Of a stretch of DNA of 38,505 nt, positions 19,119 to 27,365 are shown in pieces. The first letter of the stretch is position 1. The number at the start of each line of letters is the position of its first letter. The DNA is taken from assembly GCA_046539845.1 (NCBI GenBank), contig JBKHGE010000004.1, forward strand, positions 62,001 through 100,505, in the 5' to 3' direction. This stretch comes from Desulfonatronovibrionaceae bacterium (GTDB lineage Bacteria; Desulfobacterota; Desulfovibrionia; Desulfovibrionales; Desulfonatronovibrionaceae). The notes beneath the pieces were generated by a model. The model made no database searches and was not told the DNA's origin. It worked only from the letters and a program-made list of their open reading frames with translations. Made by a program: the position numbers and the translations under genes.

Positions 19119-19217
19119 GAAAAAAGGAAAAAATTCACGAATTAAATCCCTGTGTCCATCTCAGCTCTGTCCGTCGGCTATGGTGAACACAGGCCGGTTT
19201 TGCCCGGGCATCAGGAC

Positions 19218-19598
19218 CTATCCTTCCTTTTCCAGCTTGCAGGAACCAAATTTTTCGCTCTGCCAGGGGAACCTATCCCGGGCCCTTTGATAAGCGTAGT
19301 CCTCGATCTCATCGAACCACTTTTCAAAGGCGTGCATTATCTCCTCAGCATCCGGGGTCAAAGAAAACCCCCTTCTGCCGCGGCTGCGGTGCAAAAGTTT
19401 TCTGCCCAGGGCCTCTTCCGTGGCCTTCACCTTGCCCCAAGCCGCCCGATAGGACATACCCAGTCTCTCCGCCGCCTTGTTCAACGACCCAAGCTCCTTG
19501 ACATACTTAAAAAGCATGAGCCGCCCGGGCCCGAACACCACTCCTTTATCCACCTCAAACCAGGGATGTATCCGCAGTACCGCCTTTATTTCCTGCAT
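19218..19598 (-). CDS. ModE-family winged-helix regulator lacking TOBE/Mop domains
   Basis: VFGPGRLMLF..VKELGSLNKAAERLGMSYRAAWGKV..TEEALGRKL matches the ModE N-terminal domain; only 126 aa. Confidence 0.85.
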   Translation of the reverse strand: MQEIKAVLRIHPWFEVDKGVVFGPGRLMLFKYVKELGSLNKAAERLGMSYRAAWGKVKATEEALGRKLLHRSRGRRGFSLTPDAEEIMHAFEKWFDEIEDYAYQRARDRFPWQSEKFGSCKLEKEG

Positions 19599-19640
19599 TT
19601 TGCCTCCGTATAACCTATCCTACCCACACACATCCTGGTC

Positions 19641-20168
19641 TTACCCCTCAAAAGAGGCCCAGTGTTGGACTGCGGCCGCCTCCGCGGGCCAGCTTTGATC
19701 CAGGCGAAGTCCCAAAAACTGGCGGAAAAGCTCGTCTACAAAGCCCTGGGCCTTGTGCACCAGATACATCTTCTCTAGAAACAAGGCATCCGGATCGTCC
19801 CCTTCCTTCATTCTGGTATCCACCTTCGGGGTCTTCAGCCCGCTTACAGAGAAGTCGTCCGCACTGAGCTGCACCTGCCATTCATCGCTGTTTTGTTCCA
19901 GTTTAAACGTGGCCTGGACCACCTTCTTGCCCGAGGCTACTCCCAGCCGGGCCTCTCTGAGTTCGGACATAACCCCGGAACTGACTGTCTTGTCCCGACT
20001 GTCGTCCTCGCCGCTCTCCACGGTCACCTTCTGGGAGATATAGACCATAAAATCCTCACCGCCCGCGGTTCGAAAAAAACCATTACCTGTCTCACTCTTA
20101 TACCACAGCCAGGTGAGGAACTCCCGGCCGAGCATGGAACCCGAGGTCGCGGCTTTCTGCAGATCCAT
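19641..20168 (-). CDS. Conserved hypothetical protein resembling the C-terminal half of RdgC
   Basis: LGREFLTWLWY, EARLGVASGKKV, LSADDFSVSGLKTP, DALFLEKM; starts 4 bp after the helicase stop. Confidence 0.65.
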   Translation of the reverse strand: MDLQKAATSGSMLGREFLTWLWYKSETGNGFFRTAGGEDFMVYISQKVTVESGEDDSRDKTVSSGVMSELREARLGVASGKKVVQATFKLEQNSDEWQVQLSADDFSVSGLKTPKVDTRMKEGDDPDALFLEKMYLVHKAQGFVDELFRQFLGLRLDQSWPAEAAAVQHWASFEG

Positions 20169-20172
20169 CTCT

Positions 20173-23064
20173 TTATCTTCCCTGTTCAGCCGTGCAGGCG
20201 CCTTTGCCCCAGCTGCTGGGGATACGCACCGGTTTGCCGGCCTTGTTTTTGTATATCAGATACCCATTACGCAGTCCGAAAAGATAAAGATCCCGGGTTA
20301 CGGCCACATCCTGGCGGCAATAATCCACAATCCTGTCCACCAGGCCCTCTTTCCACCACTTCAAAGCCGCCAGCCCGTCCGCGCTCTTAGCCGCGCCCAG
20401 GGTCTGGCTGGCCAGATGATCCAGGGAAAGCCTGAACCCCAGAAAACCGTGCACTTCAGCAAGGATATCCAGGGTGGGCAGATCCTCCCAGGGAAAATCG
20501 TACACCCCGGCCAGGACCCGGTAATCAAACCTGAGGAGATTAAAACCCACCACCAGATCGGCATCCTGCAGCAGCGCAGACATAGCGGGCATCTCATCCT
20601 GGAAAAAAGTGAAGAAATCGTCGTGCTGGGAGTCGTAGACCACTGCGCAACTGACCCCCATTTTCCCGGCCCGATGCCAGCCGCCCACCTCGGCAGCCGA
20701 GCGCCTGGTTTCCAGATCCAGGACTGCAAAGCGTTCTGGTCCCCGCTTTTGCTGCGGATCCGGTGTCTCTTCCTCCGGGCTGGGAACTACAGTCACGACC
20801 GACTTAGAATCCGGCCGGTTCGTTCCGGAGACAAGGCCCTGAAGGACAAGACCTGCAGCCCGCTTGTCCAAAGGCCGGTTCCCGGACCCGCATTTCGGGG
20901 AATAGACACAGGCCGGGCAGCCGTTTTCGCATTCACAGTCCCGGACGATATCCAGCCCCCTTGCGGCCATTTCCTCCAGCCGGGCATAGGCCTGCCGGGT
21001 CAGGCCCACTCCCCCGGCAAACCCGTCATAAACGAACACCCCGGCCGCCTCAAGCTGGTCGTGACAGGGAATGGAAATCCCTCCCAGGTCGTTGCGGTCG
21101 GTAAGGACAAAAAACGGGGCCACGCCAATCAAAAGGTGCTCCAGGGCGTGAATTCCGCCCATGAAATGCATCTGCCGGCCCTCGGTCTTAGTTCGGATCT
21201 CCTCCGGGATAGCGATCCACAGCCCTTGGGTGACGAAGACCTGTTCCGGGAGATCCAGGTCCACCCGACCGATAAGGGTCTGTCCTCGGACCAGGCGTTT
21301 TTCGTAGCCGACCACCTTTTCGGTCACCCGAAGCCGCCCCCAACCAGCCAAGGTACTGCCCAGTCTCCGGGTTTCCTGGACCTCTATTATCCGGGTGGAC
21401 TTCTCTGTACGCACCCGGGTAAAATAGTTGGCCTTAAACGGCCGTAGACTGACCATCCTTTTTTCCGTGTCCAGGTCGTCCACCAGATAAGTCCGGCCCA
21501 TGTGCAGGTATACTGCCCCGGGATGGGTTTCGTAAAAGGCCCGGATCCCGTCCACCGTGCCGATCACCTCACCAGCTACACGGTCATAGAGTGTATATAC
21601 CTTGCCGCTTCCGCGCAAATCCACGTCCCGGTGCGGATACTTACCAGGGGAATAAAAAATCTCCTCCAGCACACCTTCCACCAGGGACCCGTTGTTTACA
21701 AGGGCGGTCAAGAGCTCGGTGCTGCCGGGGAAATCCAAAATAGCCTCGTTCCTTTGCACCGGCAGTTCGGCAGCGGCGCATACCAGATGCCTGCCGGATA
21801 TCTCTGGGTTGTCCGGGTTGATTACCGCCGCCTCCGGAGAACTGGAGAAAAGAGCCTGGGGATGACGCATGAGATACTGATCCAAAGCGTCCTCATGGGC
21901 AACCAGGAAAACCGCGGATTCCCTGCCCTGTCTGCCCACTCTCCCGGCACGCTGCACCGTGGCCATGATCGATCCCGGATAGCCGACCAGAATACACACA
22001 TCCAGATCCCCGATATCTAATCCCAGTTCCAGGGCACTGGTGGAGACCACGGCCAGGAGTTCCCCTTCGGCCAGTTGCCTCTCTATCTCCCTGCGGTCCC
22101 CGGGCAAAAATCCGGCCCGATAGGCCCGGATTTGACGTTTAAACTCTTTATCCCGCTCTCCGGCCCAAACGGCTATGAGTTCGGTCATACGGCGGGACTG
22201 AGTATAGACTATGGTCCGCAGCCCCCTGCTCACTGCCTCCTCCAAAAGGGACAAGACAACCGGGGTCGGGCCCTTAAGGGGATTTAAAAGGACATAATGC
22301 CTCTTGCCCCGGTCGGCCCCGCTCTCGGTCACACCGGCCGGCTCCCGGCCAGTCAGCCCGGTGCTCAAGTCCACCGGATTGGAGATGGTGGCTGAACAAA
22401 ACACGTGCTGCGGGTCTGAGCCGTAATCTGCGCACACCCGGTGCAGACGCCTAAACACCCAGGCCATATTCGACCCCATGACCCCGCGGTAGGTGTGCAC
22501 CTCGTCCACGACCACAAGACTTAACTCGCGGAAGAAATCCGCCCACAAATGGTGATAGGGCAAAAGGCCGAAGTGCAGCATGTCCGGATTGGTGATCAAA
22601 ACCCGGGGAGGTTCAGTTCGGATGCGGCTACGCTCCCCCTGGGAGGTGTCCCCGTCGTAGACTGCGAGCATACCCGGCCTCTCCAGGACAGTACCCCGCA
22701 CCGCCTTGAGCAGTCCTTGGTACTGGTCTCGGGCCAGGGCCTTGAGCGGAAAAAGCAAAAGCCCCCGCTCCCCTTTCTCCGCGGCCCGGTGCAGAAGGGG
22801 CAGGGTGTAGACCAAGGACTTGCCGCTGGAAGTAGGAGTGGCCAGGACCACATCCCTTCCCTTATGGATAAGATCCAGAGCCCGGGCCTGGTGCGAGTAT
22901 AGCCGGTTTGCGCCCAAACGCTCCAGCCAGGCAGTCTCCACTTCGTTCAGCACCTCCTTTCCGGAGACAAACCGGGCAGAGGACCGGGGAAAAGTCCTCC
23001 AGGCTGTTATATCCGAAGAAAATTCAGACTCCTGGCGGATTTTATGGAGAAAGGAGTGCAGCAT
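20173..23064 (-). CDS. YprA/MrfA-type DEAD/DEAH helicase with DUF1998 Zn domain fused to a C-terminal RNase_H_2/DEDD exonuclease
   Basis: Q motif LYSHQ, PTSSGKS, PLKALARDQ, TNPDMLH, DEVH, SAT, TSALELGLDIG, QRAGRVGR; HALEH...YDGFAGGVG...CECENGCPACVYSPKC; then VLDLET, FNLLRFD, YCRQD. Confidence 0.92.
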   Translation of the reverse strand: MLHSFLHKIRQESEFSSDITAWRTFPRSSARFVSGKEVLNEVETAWLERLGANRLYSHQARALDLIHKGRDVVLATPTSSGKSLVYTLPLLHRAAEKGERGLLLFPLKALARDQYQGLLKAVRGTVLERPGMLAVYDGDTSQGERSRIRTEPPRVLITNPDMLHFGLLPYHHLWADFFRELSLVVVDEVHTYRGVMGSNMAWVFRRLHRVCADYGSDPQHVFCSATISNPVDLSTGLTGREPAGVTESGADRGKRHYVLLNPLKGPTPVVLSLLEEAVSRGLRTIVYTQSRRMTELIAVWAGERDKEFKRQIRAYRAGFLPGDRREIERQLAEGELLAVVSTSALELGLDIGDLDVCILVGYPGSIMATVQRAGRVGRQGRESAVFLVAHEDALDQYLMRHPQALFSSSPEAAVINPDNPEISGRHLVCAAAELPVQRNEAILDFPGSTELLTALVNNGSLVEGVLEEIFYSPGKYPHRDVDLRGSGKVYTLYDRVAGEVIGTVDGIRAFYETHPGAVYLHMGRTYLVDDLDTEKRMVSLRPFKANYFTRVRTEKSTRIIEVQETRRLGSTLAGWGRLRVTEKVVGYEKRLVRGQTLIGRVDLDLPEQVFVTQGLWIAIPEEIRTKTEGRQMHFMGGIHALEHLLIGVAPFFVLTDRNDLGGISIPCHDQLEAAGVFVYDGFAGGVGLTRQAYARLEEMAARGLDIVRDCECENGCPACVYSPKCGSGNRPLDKRAAGLVLQGLVSGTNRPDSKSVVTVVPSPEEETPDPQQKRGPERFAVLDLETRRSAAEVGGWHRAGKMGVSCAVVYDSQHDDFFTFFQDEMPAMSALLQDADLVVGFNLLRFDYRVLAGVYDFPWEDLPTLDILAEVHGFLGFRLSLDHLASQTLGAAKSADGLAALKWWKEGLVDRIVDYCRQDVAVTRDLYLFGLRNGYLIYKNKAGKPVRIPSSWGKGACTAEQGR

Positions 23065-23085
23065 GCCGGCCCTTGGATGAAAGAC

Positions 23086-24456
23086 TCAGCGGGATATATT
23101 GTATTTTTTGAGCTTGTACTGCAAAAGGCTTTTGGACAGTCCCAAATCCTCCGCAGCCTTGACCTGAACGAAATCGTTCCTGACCAGGGCCCGGCGGACC
23201 AGGGCGGCCTCTATCTTCTGCAGGGTATCTCCCAGATCCAGCCTTTTCGGGAGCAGGTCCACCGCACTCTTGAACTGGGACTCCTCGTCCCGGATCTCCG
23301 GGGGTAGGTCTTCGACCTGTATCTCCTCGCCGGGGGCCAAAACCAGGCAGCGCTCGACCACGTTTTCCAGCTGGCGGACATTTCCGGGCCACTCGTAGGC
23401 GCAGAGATAATTCATGGCCTCCGGGGAAAAACGCCGTTCCTCCTGCCCCTCATCGCTTAGCAGTTTGTGCAGGAAATGGTTGACCAGAATAGGGACGTCC
23501 TCGCGCCTCTCCCGCAGGGGCGGCAATTCCAGCTGTACCACGTTCAGGCGATAAAACAGGTCCTCGCGGAAACGTCCGGCCTGAACTTCTTCTTTCAAAT
23601 CCTTGTTCGTGGCCGCCACCACCCGGATATCCACCTCAATGGTCTTACTCCCGCCCACCCGTTCAAAAGATTTCTCCTGCAGGACCCGCAGGAGCTTGAC
23701 TTGGAGCTCCGGGCTCAGTTCGCCGACTTCGTCCAAAAACAGGGTACCTCCGTCCGCCAGTTCGAAGCGCCCCTTGGAACGGGCCACCGCGCCAGTGAAC
23801 GAGCCCTTCTCGTGCCCAAACAGCTCGCTCTCCAAAACTCCCGGGTTGAAGGACATGCAATTGACCGAAACAAACGGACCCTCTCTGCGTGGGGAGGCGT
23901 AGTGGATGGCCTGGGCTACCAGCTCCTTTCCGGTCCCAGATTCCCCGGAGACCAGGACTGTGGATTTCCTGGCGGCCACCTTGTCGATGGTCTGCAAGAC
24001 CTCGTGCATGGCCTTGCTCCGGCCGACAATATTGTGCCGGCCGAACCTGCTGGCCAAACTCTGGCGAAGCATGCGGTTTTCCTGTTCGCTCCGGGAGAGC
24101 TGGACCGCCTTTTGCAACGAAAGGATCAGCTCCTCGTTGGAAAACGGTTTGGTGATGTAGTCAAATGCCCCGCACTTCATGGTCTCAACAGCCGAGTCAA
24201 TACTCCCGTAGGCGGTCATTATCAAAACCGGCACATAGGGTTTGTTGCGCCGGACGTATTCCAAGATGTCCTGACCGCTTTTGCCGGGCATCTTCATGTC
24301 GGTTATGACCACGTCCACCTCGGATTCATCCAGAAAGGCCAGGGCGGTCTCCGGGTCCTCGAGAGCGGTCAGGGTATAGCCTTGGTCCTGGAGCATGGTT
24401 TCCAGGACCAAAAGATAGTTTTTCTCATCGTCGATTATCAGAATATGTTCATCCAT
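23086..24456 (-). CDS. Sigma54-dependent response regulator (REC-AAA+-Fis HTH, NtrC/AtoC family)
   Basis: IIDDE, TDMKMP, GESGTGKE, ESELFGHEKGSFTGA, LFLDEVGE, WPGNVRQLEN, C-terminal HTH. Confidence 0.95.
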   Translation of the reverse strand: MDEHILIIDDEKNYLLVLETMLQDQGYTLTALEDPETALAFLDESEVDVVITDMKMPGKSGQDILEYVRRNKPYVPVLIMTAYGSIDSAVETMKCGAFDYITKPFSNEELILSLQKAVQLSRSEQENRMLRQSLASRFGRHNIVGRSKAMHEVLQTIDKVAARKSTVLVSGESGTGKELVAQAIHYASPRREGPFVSVNCMSFNPGVLESELFGHEKGSFTGAVARSKGRFELADGGTLFLDEVGELSPELQVKLLRVLQEKSFERVGGSKTIEVDIRVVAATNKDLKEEVQAGRFREDLFYRLNVVQLELPPLRERREDVPILVNHFLHKLLSDEGQEERRFSPEAMNYLCAYEWPGNVRQLENVVERCLVLAPGEEIQVEDLPPEIRDEESQFKSAVDLLPKRLDLGDTLQKIEAALVRRALVRNDFVQVKAAEDLGLSKSLLQYKLKKYNISR

Positions 24457-25900
24457 AATCTCTGCCCCACCGGTCAGCGGTTCCGAATTCGACCCGGACC
24501 TTTGCCCCGCCCTCGTCAGAGCTGTCCAGGCCTATCCGAGCTCCGTGACCCTCGAATATATTCCTGGCTATGGCCAGGCCCAGGCCGGTTCCGGAATCTT
24601 TGGTCGTATAAAACGGTTCCATGTATCTTTCAAGCAGTTCGACCTCAAATCCCGGTCCGTTATCACAGACCTCCACCACCGGCCCCTGCCCTCCTACAAA
24701 CATAACCAGAGAGACCTGGCCGGCCTGCTCGGGAGCAGCCTGGATCGCATTGCCCACTAGGTTGTAAAAGGCCCGGTACAAAAGGTCCTTGTCCCCGCGG
24801 ACATTGACTCCATCCGGGATATGTTCCTGGATATCAACGGATTTGTTTTCTGCGTCCACGTGTATGAAAGCCACCACCTCGCGCAAAACCCGGCCCAAAT
24901 CCACGTCAGCCATGCGCGGCTGCTGTGGCCGGGCGTAGTCCAAAAAGTCGTTCACAGTCCGGTTCAGGCGCCTGGACTCGTCATAAACCGCCTTGAGCAG
25001 TCTTTTGTCCGAGCTGTTTTCCTGCTTGGCCCGAGAATACAAAAACTCGCTGCTACTGCGGATAATTCCCAGGGGGTTGCGGATCTCATGGGCGATGCCG
25101 GCCACCATCCGCCCCATGCTGGCCAGCTTTTCGTTCTGGTGCAGTTCCTTTTCCAAGCGCTCTTTCTCCTGGGAGCGCTCGACCAGAATCCGGTCCGCAC
25201 GACGGATGATCTGAAAAAGGATCAGAAACAGGATAAGCGAGGAGATAAAAGTGGCCAGGATTATGGCCCATTGGAAGTGGACCACTGTCTCATAATCTGC
25301 GGTAATGTCCTGGGTAAAAGTCAAAACCCCCATTATCGGCTGGCTCTTCAGACCGAGCCTCCTTTCGGCCCGCAACGGATAGATAGTCCGCAGAAGAACT
25401 GAATTCGGCTCCAGGTCCAGGTCGAACATGGCTTTCCAGGCAGATATTTTTTTTTCCAAAACAAAAAACTTCTCCCCGGCTTCCCCGGCTTGGAGCACCT
25501 TTTCCCCGGCCAGGTCCTCGCGACCCAGGAGCTCTTTGTCCATGGCATAGGAAATGCGGCCGCTGTTGTCGTAGATGCGCACATCCAGGACATGGAAGCT
25601 GTGGATGGTGGATTCAATGACCCGCTGCAGACGGTCGTACTGGGCCTTTTCCCTGAGCCGAATCTGACCGAACCCGAGGACGGTGGGCAAAGTAAAACGT
25701 TGATATACCTGGTGATTTAGATTCTCAGCCAAGAGCAGGGCAAAGCTGTGATTTTTGGCCAGCACCGTGTCCCGGGCATAATTGGCCACAAAAACGGAAA
25801 CCAGGAGATTGGAGGCCAGGATCAAGATAAGTGAACTCCAGGACAAAAACTTGACCAGCTGAAAGGGGTGGGCCGGATCGCTCCGGAACATATTCAACAA
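24449..25900 (-). CDS. Membrane sensor histidine kinase (2 TM, HisKA, HATPase)
   Basis: EKLASMGRMVAGIAHEIRNPL, NLVGNAIQA, DNGPG, PFYTTK, GTGLGL; overlaps the regulator start. Start codon uncertain (TTG 25900 or ATG 25891). Confidence 0.94.
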   Translation of the reverse strand: MLNMFRSDPAHPFQLVKFLSWSSLILILASNLLVSVFVANYARDTVLAKNHSFALLLAENLNHQVYQRFTLPTVLGFGQIRLREKAQYDRLQRVIESTIHSFHVLDVRIYDNSGRISYAMDKELLGREDLAGEKVLQAGEAGEKFFVLEKKISAWKAMFDLDLEPNSVLLRTIYPLRAERRLGLKSQPIMGVLTFTQDITADYETVVHFQWAIILATFISSLILFLILFQIIRRADRILVERSQEKERLEKELHQNEKLASMGRMVAGIAHEIRNPLGIIRSSSEFLYSRAKQENSSDKRLLKAVYDESRRLNRTVNDFLDYARPQQPRMADVDLGRVLREVVAFIHVDAENKSVDIQEHIPDGVNVRGDKDLLYRAFYNLVGNAIQAAPEQAGQVSLVMFVGGQGPVVEVCDNGPGFEVELLERYMEPFYTTKDSGTGLGLAIARNIFEGHGARIGLDSSDEGGAKVRVEFGTADRWGRDYG

Positions 25901-25904
25901 AATT

Positions 25905-27239
25905 TTAAACCACCTCTTTTACCTTTTTGGCCGCCTTGCTCTCCTGGAGCCGTTCTTTTTCCGCCTCAAACCCTTCCGCTCCAAGTTCGGCATTGGCCAG
26001 CCTCTTGCCCAACTCCACCGCGGGCTGGTCCAGGGGGTTTATACCCAGAAGCAGCCCGGTCAGATAGGTCATGCCCTCCAGCCCGACCAAAAGTCTGCCC
26101 GCAACCCGGAGGTCAGGCGATTCGGCCCGGAGGTGGATCAGAGGGACCTGTCTTTCCGTAAGGGCCATCTGGGTCCCCAAGGCTTCGGCCTGTAAAAGAT
26201 CTCCGAAGCGCCTCCCGTGCAGATGCCCCCATTTCCGGGGCAGACCGCTAGAGAAAGCAGGCCCGGGATTCATATTCCCGGCGCTAATAAACATACAGCC
26301 CTTGTCCGCCGGCCCGTCCAAAAAGAGCTGCTGCAGGGAATGCTGATCGGTCACGCCCACAGCCGGTAGCGGTGTGCTACCCAGACCGTTTTTGCCCAGG
26401 CTCTCCGCCCAGAGCTGGGCGAACCAGTCCCCGAGAGCAGCCCACTCCGGGATATAATTGAAAAAGATCAATTGGGAATACCCGGCCCGAATCAGGTCCA
26501 CGGCCCAAAGGGCCAGCCCGGCAAACCCGGAGGCTGACCCGTTGTCCAGCTCCGGGCCCTGGCTCAAAATCCCTTCGGCTGCCTCCCGGGCCCCGGCCAC
26601 TATCTCCTTCCAATCCAGACCCAAAAACTGGGCCGGGAGCAGGCCGACCGCAGACAGGACCGAATACCGGCCGCCCATTTCCTGGGGCACCGGAAGGGAG
26701 CGGATGCCGTATGTACGGCACTCCTGGCGCAAAAAACCCTTGTCCGGATCAGTGACCAAGATGAAGTGCTTTGGCCATTTTTCCCCTAGCTCCCGCTCCA
26801 TCCAGTCCCGGATCAAAAAGTACTGGCTTATGGTCTCTATGGTCCCCCCGGATTTGCTGACCACAACCACTACAGTCTTCGCAGGATCCAGTCCGTGCAT
26901 GTATCCTTCCAAAGTGTCGGCACAGACATTGTCCGCTATCCACAGCCAAGGACCGGTATGTCCGGGTCTGTCCTGGCCCGGGGCGAACGCCTTCTGCAAA
27001 ACCCGGGCCCCGAGCGCGGACCCTCCGATCCCCAAAAGGAGCATATGCTTGAACCCGGCGAGAAAATCAGAGCTAAAGGCAAGGTCTTTTTCCAGCTCCG
27101 GGATGTGCTCCAGGGTCAAAAAGGGCAGCTTTCCCTCTTTTGCCTGACTAAGGAACTTTTCTTTTTCCTCCCGGCCAAAGGCTGCTTCGGATCGGACCCG
27201 ACCGAGGTAGGCGTGATTCCAGGTCAAATGCAGATTCAT
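25905..27239 (-). CDS. pgi: Glucose-6-phosphate isomerase
   Basis: GIGGSALG, SKSGGTIET, GGRYSVLS, QLWAESLGK, GVTDQHS, NPLDQPAVELGK. Confidence 0.95.
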   Translation of the reverse strand: MNLHLTWNHAYLGRVRSEAAFGREEKEKFLSQAKEGKLPFLTLEHIPELEKDLAFSSDFLAGFKHMLLLGIGGSALGARVLQKAFAPGQDRPGHTGPWLWIADNVCADTLEGYMHGLDPAKTVVVVVSKSGGTIETISQYFLIRDWMERELGEKWPKHFILVTDPDKGFLRQECRTYGIRSLPVPQEMGGRYSVLSAVGLLPAQFLGLDWKEIVAGAREAAEGILSQGPELDNGSASGFAGLALWAVDLIRAGYSQLIFFNYIPEWAALGDWFAQLWAESLGKNGLGSTPLPAVGVTDQHSLQQLFLDGPADKGCMFISAGNMNPGPAFSSGLPRKWGHLHGRRFGDLLQAEALGTQMALTERQVPLIHLRAESPDLRVAGRLLVGLEGMTYLTGLLLGINPLDQPAVELGKRLANAELGAEGFEAEKERLQESKAAKKVKEVV

Positions 27240-27365
27240 AATCCCTCCGGATTGCGGGGTTTATGGTTTGCCCTAAAGCCCTCCTGCCTCCCTCTTCGCT
27301 CAAAGAACAGTCTTTTCGAGGCAAAATGGATGAAAGTCCTCCCCGGCACCCCTTATCCTTAGTAT

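Noticed and set aside
20173..23064. DISARM/Druantia/Dpd anti-phage system
   Set aside because: No methyltransferase, SNF2 helicase, PLD nuclease or dpd genes nearby; housekeeping context.
20113..24705. Long plus-strand ORFs 20113-21447 (444 aa) and 23467-24705 (412 aa)
   Set aside because: Antisense to the helicase and sigma54 regulator; expected in GC-rich coding DNA; no motifs.
27245..27360. AGGGCAAACC upstream of pgi (c-di-GMP-I-like) and GGGGTGC (TPP-like)
   Set aside because: The required GNRA stem and GACGCAAAG (c-di-GMP-I) or CTGAGA/CCTGA (TPP) elements are absent; only a generic TGCCTC/GAGGCA hairpin remains.
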